64,000 bases of DNA, from NCBI GenBank assembly GCA_021829645.1, contig JAKBPI010000001.1:7206-71205 (forward strand). The letters run 5' to 3'. Made by a program: the position numbers and the translations under genes. Shown piece after piece: positions 1 through 8,385 of this stretch. The DNA comes from Actinomycetes bacterium. Its GTDB lineage: Bacteria; Actinomycetota; Acidimicrobiia; Acidimicrobiales; Bog-793. How positions within the stretch are numbered: the first letter of the stretch is position 1; every line of letters starts with the position of its first letter. Under the pieces are notes generated by a model. The model saw only the letters and a list, made by a program, of their open reading frames with translations, did no database searches and had not been told where the DNA came from.

Positions 1-954
1 GGCTATCACCGGCACATCGGGTCTCCTGACTTTGCCTATTTCGGCTGGATCTATATCTACGTGGATGACTTTTGCCTTTGGAGCAAAAGCACTCACTTTG
101 CCAGTCACCCTGTCGTCAAAGCGCGCCCCAAAAGAAATGAGCAGATCTGATTTTTGTATTGCAGTTACCGCTGCATAGCTCCCATGCATGCCTGGCATAC
201 CTAAGTGCCTGGGGTCAGTGTCAGGGAAAGCTCCTCTGGCCATCAGAGTCGTAACGAGTGGGAAATCTGTCATCTCGATAAATTCGGTTAGCTCCTCCGT
301 GGCATTGGCTTTGATAACCCCTCCGCCCACGTAGACAACCGGTCTCTCGGCCTGATAGATCAGCTCCAAGGCTTTTTTAACTGCGGCCATGTCTGGCTGT
401 GCAGGAGGACGGTATCCCGGTAAGTCAACCTCGTCCGACCAAGACCACTCGGTTTTGGCGTTGGCCACATCCTTGGGAAAGTCCACCACTACAGGACCAG
501 GCCTGCCGGTTGTAGCCACATAAAAAGCTTCTCTAATGATTCTGGGGATCTCATCCGGATCAGTGACAAGCCAGTTGTGCTTTGTCACCCCCTGTGTTAT
601 GCCGGTAAAGTCGACTTCTTGGAAAGCATCCGTTCCGATAGCGGAAGTGGCTACCTGCCCCGAAATAACCACCAAAGGCACAGAGTCCATAAAGGCATCG
701 GCTAGAGGTGTGACTATGTTGGTCGCACCTGGTCCGCTTGTAACCATGGCAACGCCGGGTCGACCTGTCACATGAGCATAGCCTTCTGCAGCGTGTCCCG
801 CCCCTTGTTCGTGGCGCACTAAAATGTGTCGCATGGAAGACTCGATCAGCGGATCATAAACGGGCAGAATGGCTCCACCCGGAAGTCCGAATAAAACTTC
901 GACCCCGACTTGTTCCAAACTCTTAATCAACGATTGTGCTCCGGTGAGCTCCAT
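1..954 (-). CDS. ilvB: Acetolactate synthase (AHAS) large catalytic subunit, N-terminal 318 codons; gene runs off the left edge of the window
   Basis: Absent from the ORF track (no stop in window). Own minus-strand translation from ATG (cat at 952-954): [36 protein letters not shown]...[33 protein letters not shown]...GTDAFQEVD...GMPGMHG. This is the typical ThDP-enzyme/AHAS signature. SD-like GAAGGGGGA sits just upstream. Confidence 0.9.
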   Translation of the reverse strand, partial: MELTGAQSLIKSLEQVGVEVLFGLPGGAILPVYDPLIESSMRHILVRHEQGAGHAAEGYAHVTGRPGVAMVTSGPGATNIVTPLADAFMDSVPLVVISGQVATSAIGTDAFQEVDFTGITQGVTKHNWLVTDPDEIPRIIREAFYVATTGRPGPVVVDFPKDVANAKTEWSWSDEVDLPGYRPPAQPDMAAVKKALELIYQAERPVVYVGGGVIKANATEELTEFIEMTDFPLVTTLMARGAFPDTDPRHLGMPGMHGSYAAVTAIQKSDLLISFGARFDDRVTGKVSAFAPKAKVIHVDIDPAEIGKVRRPDVPVIA

Positions 955-1116
955 AGCTCCCCCTTCTTTACTCTTTCATTACCAACATTACAACAAAGGC
1001 CCGAAAAGTGTTTTTAGCACTAGCTGTTTGTCTGATAAGAAAACCCCTATCAGACTAATGAGCTACGTCTTAACATATGCTCATTACTTTCCCTCCGGCA
1101 ATTTCTTGACTTTGGG

Positions 1117-1147
1117 AAATAAAAAAGCCCTCCCAAAAGGGAAGGCT
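1117..1147 (-). terminator. Rho-independent terminator, read as the ilvB attenuator terminator (could also stop ilvD read-through)
   Basis: Minus strand: AGCCUUCCC-UUUU-GGGAGGGCU (9-bp stem with one G.U pair, 4-nt loop; 1126-1147), followed by UUUUUUAUUU (1117-1125). Confidence 0.6.
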
Positions 1148-1177
1148 GAAAGCGCACGTGCGAAAAATCGCCGTGCG

Positions 1178-1225
1178 CTAGATTACTACTACTAGTGTTG
1201 CAAACTTACGGGCTGTATATGCCAT
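1178..1225 (-). CDS. Putative ilvB leader peptide MAYTARKFATLVVVI (15 aa)
   Basis: Hand-translated minus-strand mini-ORF: ATG GCA TAT ACA GCC CGT AAG TTT GCA ACA CTA GTA GTA GTA ATC TAG. The Leu-Val-Val-Val-Ile run lies directly 5' of a GC-rich hairpin and a terminator, about 220 nt upstream of the ilvB ATG. CATAAT lies 6 nt upstream of its ATG and there is no SD, so the transcript may be leaderless. Confidence 0.5.
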   Translation of the reverse strand: MAYTARKFATLVVVI

Positions 1226-1300
1226 AAGCACATTATGCCAAAGAAACAGCCCAAAAGCAAGTCCTCATTTAAGATTTTTCATAAAACTTGGCAATCTTAG

Positions 1301-2986
1301 TTACGAACTGGTAATAGCGCCCAAATCTGCCCCGGAAACCAGTTTGGCATATTTGGCCAAAGCCCCAGTCTTATACCTTGGCTCTGGCGGTTGCCAGTCA
1401 CGGGCTCTCGCTTCCAATTCCTGTTCGTCGACCAAGAGGTCAATTTTCCCGGATTCAGCATCTATCGTGATTCTGTCACCGTCTCTCACGAAAGCTATGG
1501 GTCCCCTATCCATCGCTTCAGGAGCTACGTGTCCTATACAAAAACCGCGAGTACCGCCGGAGAACCGACCGTCGGTGATAAGAGCACAATCGCCGCCGCG
1601 GCCGGCTCCCGTCAGGGCTCCCGTAACAGCCAGCATTTCTCTCATACCGGGACCGCCCTTGGGGCCTTCATATCTGATCACCAGAACCGTACCGGGCTGT
1701 ATAGAGCCGGACAGAATCGCTTCCATAGCAGCGTCTTCACCATCAAAAACCCTTGCCACACCGTCAAAAGAACCAAAATCACTTCCCGCTATCTTGACAA
1801 CCGCACCTTTGGGAGCCAGGGATCCGTGTAAAACGGCTATTCCGCCGCGCGTGTGAATGGCCTTGGAGAGACTGTGCACAACGTCGTCATCCGGAGAGGG
1901 GGGTGATAGTAATTCCAGGTTTTTCGCCACGCTCAACCCGGTTACTGTCAGACAGTCCCCGTCAAGAAGACCGGCGGCAAGGAGTTCTTTTTGTACGACT
2001 GGCACCCCGCCTATACGATCCAGATCCGTCATATGATATTTCCCATGTGGCTTCATGTCCGCTATATGAGGAATTCGTCTACTAATTTTGTCAAAGTCAG
2101 CCATGGTTAGGTCTACGCCGGCTTCTTTGGCGATAGCCAAAAGATGCAAAACCGCATTTGTCGAACCCCCCAAAGCCATGACTACGGCTATGGCGTTTTC
2201 GAAGGCCGCTTTGGTCATGATATCTCTGGGAAATATCCTTTTTTCCAACATATTCATTACGGCGCGACCTGAATCAAAGGCCACATCGTCACGTCGGCGA
2301 TCGACGGCCGGAGGAGAAGCACTGCTCGGTAGAGCCATCCCTAGAGCTTCGGCTACGGCTGCCATGGTATTGGCCGTAAACATACCGGCACAGGCCCCCT
2401 CTGTCGGACAGGCATTTCGTTCAATGGCGTTCAACTCTTCTTCGGTAATCTCACCGGCAGACATGGCACCCACGGCTTCAAAAACACTCACTATATCCAG
2501 AGTCTTATTACCTATGTGGCCAGGTAGTATTGATCCGGCATACACAAAAGCCATGGGGAGATTAAGTCTGGCGGCGGCCATAAGCATTCCCGGCAGTGAT
2601 TTATCGCACCCGGCCAAACCCACAAAGGCGTCAAAACGCTCTGCGTGCATAACGATCTCCACAGAGTCAGCAATGATCTCTCTGGAGACCAGGGAAGCAC
2701 GCATACCTTCGTGCCCCATAGAAATACCGTCGGAAACCGATACGGCCACAAACTCAAAAGGCACTCCTCCGGCCGCCGATATGCCGGCTTTAGCCCGCTG
2801 AGCCAACCTGGATAAGGGCATGTTACACGGCGTGACTTCATTCCAAGTGGAAGCCACCCCTACCTGGGGTTTGGCGAAATCCTCGTCGTTTAGACCTACC
2901 GCTCGCAACATAGCCCTTGCCGGAGCGCGCCTTGGACCTTCCGTAACGTCTTGACTGTGAATTTTTAAACTGTCGCTCATTTTCAA
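1301..2986 (-). CDS. ilvD: Dihydroxy-acid dehydratase
   Basis: 561-aa ORF. Motifs: [33 protein letters not shown]. Full-length IlvD/Edd family architecture. Confidence 0.95.
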   Translation of the reverse strand: MKMSDSLKIHSQDVTEGPRRAPARAMLRAVGLNDEDFAKPQVGVASTWNEVTPCNMPLSRLAQRAKAGISAAGGVPFEFVAVSVSDGISMGHEGMRASLVSREIIADSVEIVMHAERFDAFVGLAGCDKSLPGMLMAAARLNLPMAFVYAGSILPGHIGNKTLDIVSVFEAVGAMSAGEITEEELNAIERNACPTEGACAGMFTANTMAAVAEALGMALPSSASPPAVDRRRDDVAFDSGRAVMNMLEKRIFPRDIMTKAAFENAIAVVMALGGSTNAVLHLLAIAKEAGVDLTMADFDKISRRIPHIADMKPHGKYHMTDLDRIGGVPVVQKELLAAGLLDGDCLTVTGLSVAKNLELLSPPSPDDDVVHSLSKAIHTRGGIAVLHGSLAPKGAVVKIAGSDFGSFDGVARVFDGEDAAMEAILSGSIQPGTVLVIRYEGPKGGPGMREMLAVTGALTGAGRGGDCALITDGRFSGGTRGFCIGHVAPEAMDRGPIAFVRDGDRITIDAESGKIDLLVDEQELEARARDWQPPEPRYKTGALAKYAKLVSGADLGAITSS

Positions 2987-3118
2987 CCTCTACAAAACTC
3001 CATTTTTGACATAAAACCGATGCCCATTCTAGCTGTAAGATTTGTGCTATTTCAACAAGACCAAAAGCCATTGACAGAAAAGGTACGAACAGCACCTGCC
3101 AAAAAATCTAACCTTTGG

Positions 3119-4636
3119 TTACGCGCTCGGTAACTCGACTCTGAAACATGCCCCTCTTGCCAATTTGGAGTTAGCAACTGTAATAGTCCCGGCATGCAAT
3201 TCGACTATTTCTTTTACCAAGGCTAAACCAAGACCGGCACCCCCTTTGTCGTTCCCTCTGGCGTCGTCCAATCTGGTAAAGCGCTCAAAAATCATTTTTG
3301 CCGATTTTTCGTCAATACCCGGTCCGTCATCTCCAATTTCCAAGATGCTTTTATTGTTTTGAGAAAAAACAGCTACGTAGACAAAAGAGTTTGCATATTT
3401 ATATGCATTGTCTAACAAATTAGCAACCACTCTACGCAGTGAGTCTTTGTCACCCATCACCCTTCCCGCTGATAACTTGGATAGGTCGAGTGTCAATTTC
3501 TCTGGTTTCAAGTTAAAAGCCGTTTCTTCCAAAACCAAATCATCTAAATCAACTTGGGCAGCTTTGTCGAGTGCAAGTCTTCCTTCATCCATCTGAGCAA
3601 GAATTAATAACTCGTCAACGATACGGGCAAGGCGTCGTGCCGCACTTAAAGCATCCCGCAGTGTTTCTCCCGGACTGATGCTTTCTGGGTGCGTCACGGC
3701 AACGTCCAAACCGGCAGCCAGAGTTGCCAGAGGAGTGCGCAGCTCATGAGAAGCATCGGCGACAAATCTGCGTTGCTTCACTGCCGAAGACTCCAGTCTG
3801 TCCAAAACGTCGTTCATTGTTTTAGCCAGTTGTCCTATTTCATCGGAAGTGCCTGGCTCAGGCACACGCCTATGTAAATCATTCAGAGATATCTCGGCCA
3901 CTTCTTCTCTGATTGCCCTCACAGGTGCCAAGGCTTTCGCTGAAAGCCAGAAGACTATAATGGCAACGGTCAATACCAGTATGGGCACACCAATTAACAA
4001 AATACCTCTCAGCTGATCTACGGCATTCCAACCAGTGGCAAGAGAGACTGCAACAACTACATATACCACTCGCTTTGCCAGTGGTTTAGGTGCGGTAACC
4101 AAATACTGATCATAGCTATTCAAATAAATATTGTTTTTATTATGTAATTTATATTTACTAAGTCTATATGTTGCTTCAAAGTCTTTTGCAATGTGTTGAT
4201 CATGGAGAGGAATTCTTTCTTGGGTGGTCATTACTATATACGGACCGTCTGCATCCTGATGTTTATTTTGATCATTGTCTTGTATATTTATGGCATGATA
4301 AAAATTAATTTTATTGCCGCCAATAGAATTTTTACGTATCAGTAGCTGCTTAGGTGATATGTTTGGCGTACTTGATAATATAGTATTTTGTTCCGTGATC
4401 ACCTGAGCAAATAAATCTTGTTGTCCTACAGGCAGTAAAAATGGAATATCACCTTTTGATATGAGGGAATAAATAAGTTGTGTTTCCAATTTCGCAGCAG
4501 AGCGACCTTGATTTTCGACTGAACTTTTTAGGATGTATACTAAGCTGTAGGCGCTGGCAGACAGTGCTACAGCTACAACTACAGCAGCCAAAAAAGCCAT
4601 TTTCCCTTTTACGGAAAAATTTATATGCTTTGTCAA
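3119..4636 (-). CDS. Sensor histidine kinase (two TM helices flanking a ~170-aa Asn/Lys/Gln-rich extracytoplasmic domain, then HAMP, HisKA and HATPase domains)
   Basis: H-box SHELRTPLATL, N-box LLDNAYKY, G1 GDDGPGI, G2 GGAGLGLALV. It overlaps the response-regulator gene by 4 nt. Confidence 0.9.
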   Translation of the reverse strand: MTKHINFSVKGKMAFLAAVVVAVALSASAYSLVYILKSSVENQGRSAAKLETQLIYSLISKGDIPFLLPVGQQDLFAQVITEQNTILSSTPNISPKQLLIRKNSIGGNKINFYHAINIQDNDQNKHQDADGPYIVMTTQERIPLHDQHIAKDFEATYRLSKYKLHNKNNIYLNSYDQYLVTAPKPLAKRVVYVVVAVSLATGWNAVDQLRGILLIGVPILVLTVAIIVFWLSAKALAPVRAIREEVAEISLNDLHRRVPEPGTSDEIGQLAKTMNDVLDRLESSAVKQRRFVADASHELRTPLATLAAGLDVAVTHPESISPGETLRDALSAARRLARIVDELLILAQMDEGRLALDKAAQVDLDDLVLEETAFNLKPEKLTLDLSKLSAGRVMGDKDSLRRVVANLLDNAYKYANSFVYVAVFSQNNKSILEIGDDGPGIDEKSAKMIFERFTRLDDARGNDKGGAGLGLALVKEIVELHAGTITVANSKLARGACFRVELPSA

Positions 4637-5313
4637 TTTTGTACTACCAAGCGGTACCCTATACCGCGCACGGTTATAATACTGACTTGGCTAAAAGGTA
4701 CGTCAAGTTTTTTACGCAAATATGATACATACACCTCTACGATATTAGGATCCCCCATAAAGTTATCTCCCCAAACTTCATCAAGCAGTTCCCTTTTAGA
4801 AAAAGTCTCTCCTGGTTTTTGGGCCAACATTTCCAAAACAGAAAGCTCTCTGCCGGATAAAGAAATTTCTTCACCGGCAAGTATACATTTTCTCCCTCTG
4901 GGCTCGATAACTAGATTACCTACTTCAAGATAACCAAGCGCCGGAGATGACTGCTGTGAACGACGCATCAAAGCTCTGATCCTTGCGAGCAAGACTACAA
5001 ATGAGAACGGCTTACGCAAAAAGTCATCCGCCCCTGTGTCAAGAGACTCAGCTTCGTCATGTTCTCCCTGTTTGGCCGTCAGAATGAGAATGGGCGTCGT
5101 ATTGTTATCTTCTCTCAGGGTTTGACAAACTTTATAGCCGTTCATCTCAGGTAACAACAAGTCCAATATAATTACATCGTAATTGTTCTCTCTGGCCATC
5201 CATAAACCAGTGAGTCCGGAGTCAGCTATGTCAACTTCATAGCCTTCCGCTTTCAAACCATTTGCCATACTCTTTGCCAGTGCGGCTTCATCTTCGACAA
5301 TTAATATCTTCAT
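4633..5313 (-). CDS. OmpR-family response regulator (canonical receiver + winged helix)
   Basis: MKILIVEDE..., acceptor context DVIILDLLLP, LTAK, GADDFLRKPF, C-terminal TVRGIGYRL. Confidence 0.92.
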   Translation of the reverse strand: MKILIVEDEAALAKSMANGLKAEGYEVDIADSGLTGLWMARENNYDVIILDLLLPEMNGYKVCQTLREDNNTTPILILTAKQGEHDEAESLDTGADDFLRKPFSFVVLLARIRALMRRSQQSSPALGYLEVGNLVIEPRGRKCILAGEEISLSGRELSVLEMLAQKPGETFSKRELLDEVWGDNFMGDPNIVEVYVSYLRKKLDVPFSQVSIITVRGIGYRLVVQN

Positions 5314-5427
5314 TTTCTTACATTCTACCTGGAATCATTTTATGAACTTCACGAAGTTTTTTATTTATATACTGAAAGCAGGCAAATTTTCAGAATATTC
5401 TAAGCAAACGCCGGTCACAATATAAGT

Positions 5428-6861
5428 ATGCCAAAACAAAGCGCCAAACAAAAGCGTGCTCATAAACCGAGCACTGCCACTTCGCCATATTACCGAAATC
5501 AATCTACGACTCATGCCCGTCAAAAAAGCACCAAACCCCTTCCTCCGGTTTTATATAAAAGATCTTTTACGCCTGAGGTATTCTTGGCTTTAGTGGGTAT
5601 CGGGTTGGGGGCCACAGTCGGAATAGCCTTGACACCTGAAAGCCACAACGCTTTGGCAGCACCAGGCGGCATAGCCATGTTTCTGGGTAATATTACCGGT
5701 CTGGTAGGAACCTACCTCGCTCTCGTCATGGTACTGCTCGTGAGTCGCATCCCTTTTATCGAAAAAGTACTCGGCCAGGACGGTCTTGTCTCTTGGCATA
5801 AGAAATTAGCTCCTTGGCCGATTTCTCTTATTATTGCGCATGCCATACTGCTTACTATCGCCTACGCTCAAGCGGCAAAAACCGGACCGCTGCACGAATT
5901 GGGCACGCTCATTAACTCTTTCCCGGATATGCTGACGGCCACTGTGGGGTTTGTAATCATGGTGGTTATAGGGATCATATCCATACGCGCCATCCGTCAA
6001 CGCATAAAGAGAGAAACCTGGTGGACCATTCATCTCTACATCTATATCGCTTTGGCTTTGGCTTTTGCCCACGAAATAGTTTTGGGTCCTTCTTTTGTCG
6101 GTCATCCTTTGACGCAAATCATCTGGTCGGTAGCATGGGCCATGACAGCCGGACTGGTTCTTTTGTATCGCTTCATAACCCCAATAGTAAAAAGCACTTA
6201 CTACGGCCTCAGAGTGTATCAGGTGAGAAAAGAGACCGATGACACCATATCAATTATTCTCAAAGGTAAAAACATAGAAAAGATGAAAGTCCGCGGCGGG
6301 CAATTCTTTGAATGGCGATTCTTAAAAAAAGGTATGTGGTGGCAAGCACATCCCTTCTCTATTTCAGCCAAGCCGAGAGCGCCTTATATACGGATAACCG
6401 TCAAACAATTGGGTGACTTTACAACCCAACTCTCCTCACTTAAGCCCGGGGTAAAAGTTTTGATCGAAGGTCCTTATGGCGTCTTCACCAAAAACACTCT
6501 CCGCAAAAATAAAATCGCCCTGATCGCCGGGGGTATAGGGATAACTTCTGTCAGATCGCTCTTAGAAGATATATCTACTCCGAGTGACATAGTGACAATT
6601 TTACGTACAGCCTCAGAAAAGGACACCGCATTACACCAAGAAGTAAAAGATCTGGTCCACAAAAAAGGGGGAGTGGTGCATGAAATATTTGGTTCACGCC
6701 AAGAAATACCTTTAGAAAACATCGTGAGCAAAATAGAAGACATCAAACAGCGAGATGTCTTTATAGCGGGATCTGCCAATTTTGTGGAGAACCTGAAAAA
6801 AGTACTGCACGAAAAAGGTCTGAACTCAGAGCAAGTACACGCAGAGATATACGCTCTCTGA
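5428..6861 (+). CDS. NOX/FRE-type ferric-reductase-domain protein (6-TM bis-heme module fused to an FAD/NAD(P)H dehydrogenase domain)
   Basis: Two His pairs in TM helices are spaced 14 residues (WHKKLAPWPISLIIAH) and 13 residues (HLYIYIALALAFAH). FAD motif HPFS; NAD(P)H motif IAGGIGITS. Confidence 0.8.
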   Translation: MPKQSAKQKRAHKPSTATSPYYRNQSTTHARQKSTKPLPPVLYKRSFTPEVFLALVGIGLGATVGIALTPESHNALAAPGGIAMFLGNITGLVGTYLALVMVLLVSRIPFIEKVLGQDGLVSWHKKLAPWPISLIIAHAILLTIAYAQAAKTGPLHELGTLINSFPDMLTATVGFVIMVVIGIISIRAIRQRIKRETWWTIHLYIYIALALAFAHEIVLGPSFVGHPLTQIIWSVAWAMTAGLVLLYRFITPIVKSTYYGLRVYQVRKETDDTISIILKGKNIEKMKVRGGQFFEWRFLKKGMWWQAHPFSISAKPRAPYIRITVKQLGDFTTQLSSLKPGVKVLIEGPYGVFTKNTLRKNKIALIAGGIGITSVRSLLEDISTPSDIVTILRTASEKDTALHQEVKDLVHKKGGVVHEIFGSRQEIPLENIVSKIEDIKQRDVFIAGSANFVENLKKVLHEKGLNSEQVHAEIYAL

Positions 6862-6929
6862 AGTCTCATACAAACGCAACACATGACCAATAAAAAACTT
6901 ATAATTCATAGAAGAAAGGCAGCAAACAA

Positions 6930-7439
6930 ATGAAGCGCTATCCGATAGTCATCGCAGCAACTGCGGCAGGGCTTGGAACAGTCATGGGATTTCATCCGGC
7001 TTCGACTAATGTGGGAATTGCCCTGCAATCGAAATCCTCCTCTGTCTCCCAATCCACACCACCAAAAAACTCTTCTCCGAGTACCACCACCACCGGCCCT
7101 TCCTCACAAACCGCAAAAGTCTCACCCACGTCTACCACCACCAACCCGGCACCGGGAGGTGTGGCGAGCGCTACCGGGAACGTAGAGAATTACGGGTACG
7201 GACAACTTTCTGTGAAAGTAACTATTTCTAATCGTAAGATCACTGCCATCACCTTGGCACAGTTACAGGTCGCGGAATCTTATTCACAATCCATAGCACA
7301 ACAGGTAATCCCCCTTTTGAAAAATGAGGTTATGAAAGCACAAAGCCTCAACGTCAATGGCTTTACGGGTGCGACTTACACTACGGAGGCATACCTGTAT
7401 TCCCTGCAGTCTGCCTTAAATAAACTCCACTTTAAATAA
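6930..7439 (+). CDS. Membrane-anchored/secreted FMN-binding-domain protein with a Ser/Thr/Pro-rich linker
   Basis: N-terminal hydrophobic anchor (IVIAATAAGLGTVMGF) and an S/T/P-rich low-complexity stretch. The C-terminal domain ends in NGFTGATYTT, which matches the [ST]GA[ST] flavinylation motif (TGAT at 7365-7376). Confidence 0.75.
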   Translation: MKRYPIVIAATAAGLGTVMGFHPASTNVGIALQSKSSSVSQSTPPKNSSPSTTTTGPSSQTAKVSPTSTTTNPAPGGVASATGNVENYGYGQLSVKVTISNRKITAITLAQLQVAESYSQSIAQQVIPLLKNEVMKAQSLNVNGFTGATYTTEAYLYSLQSALNKLHFK

Positions 7440-7453
7440 AGCGGCTAACCGAT

Positions 7454-8236
7454 ATGGGTAGTGCACACGATCTTGAGGTCGTTACCGAAGAGGCCATGGG
7501 AACAGTATTTTCTTTCCATATCATACCCGGCAAGATAGCAATTCGTGATATTACACACGCTTTGGATGAGGCTAAGAAAACCTTACATCTCCACGATGAA
7601 ATATTTAGCACATATAAACCAGAAAGTCCAATATCACAGATACAAAAGGGTACTTTTTATTCTCGTGATGTGTCGAAATCAACCACGGATGACATAGAAG
7701 AAGTCATAACCTTATGTCGTAAGGCCAAAGACCTGACTAAAGGCTGGTTTGACCCATGGCATGGCCCGGTGGGATTTGATCCAACTGGTCTTGTCAAAGG
7801 TTGGTCTATTCAGAAAGTAGCACGGCTAATTTTTTCCTACGGACCTGATGCGGTATCGGTCAACGGGGGCGGAGATGTCTATTGTCTTGCCGGTGATCCG
7901 GAATACAAATGGAGGTTCGCCGTGGCTCATCCATGGAAGAAAGATGCCGTGGCGGGAATTGTTGAGACCGGTCATGCCGTAGCCACATCGGGAACGTATG
8001 AACGGGGCAACCATTTTTTTGACCCTCTAGGATATGTTGGCACCCCAATAATATCATCCACCGTAACGGGACCAGATCTGGCAATGGCAGATGCCTTTGC
8101 AACCGCTCTTGCCGTTGGAGGACTAGAGGCCGCAAAGGCATTGGATGAACTCCCGGAATACGGATACTATCTAATAGATAAGGACGGTAACGAAACATTT
8201 GGTAAAAGCATCGTTTTTGCTACCGATGACCCATAG
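7454..8236 (+). CDS. apbE: ApbE-family FAD:protein FMN transferase (short form, no recognisable signal peptide)
   Basis: AMGTVFSF near the N-terminus, ATSGTYERG, and MADAFATALAV near the C-terminus. It starts 14 nt after the FMN-binding gene. Confidence 0.85.
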   Translation: MGSAHDLEVVTEEAMGTVFSFHIIPGKIAIRDITHALDEAKKTLHLHDEIFSTYKPESPISQIQKGTFYSRDVSKSTTDDIEEVITLCRKAKDLTKGWFDPWHGPVGFDPTGLVKGWSIQKVARLIFSYGPDAVSVNGGGDVYCLAGDPEYKWRFAVAHPWKKDAVAGIVETGHAVATSGTYERGNHFFDPLGYVGTPIISSTVTGPDLAMADAFATALAVGGLEAAKALDELPEYGYYLIDKDGNETFGKSIVFATDDP

Positions 8237-8385
8237 CCATATCCTACATAACCAAGGTATCGCTACACTGGAATAACAGTTCAATTCTTTTCTCGTTTTG
8301 CCCTCTGTAGCCTCAATAAGGCAATCTAAAAAATTCCTCAATTTGACTTCACAACAGCCTAAATGGAAGTAATCTTCTTGATATT

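Noticed and set aside
1117-1147. Reading the hairpin + U-tract simply as the ilvD terminator
   Set aside because: This is not fully rejected. However, the hairpin lies 150+ nt downstream of ilvD and immediately after a Val-rich mini-ORF and a second hairpin, so the attenuator reading explains more of the sequence.
869-1195. 108-aa plus-strand ORF spanning the ilvB start and the attenuator region
   Set aside because: It is antisense to the clearly real ilvB N-terminus and to the leader/terminator structures. Its sequence is low-complexity with no motif.
2088-2801. Long antisense ORFs inside strong genes. Examples: 2088..2801 and 1344..1856 in ilvD, 18829..19425 in the double GT4, 24704..25443 in gatA, 40718..41182 and 42914..43402 in tmk/topA, 45617..46276 in the permease, and 53917..54405 in mrp.
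   Set aside because: Each lies opposite a gene with unmistakable family motifs. Their translations are Ser/Arg/Pro/Ala-rich shadow-frame products without motifs.
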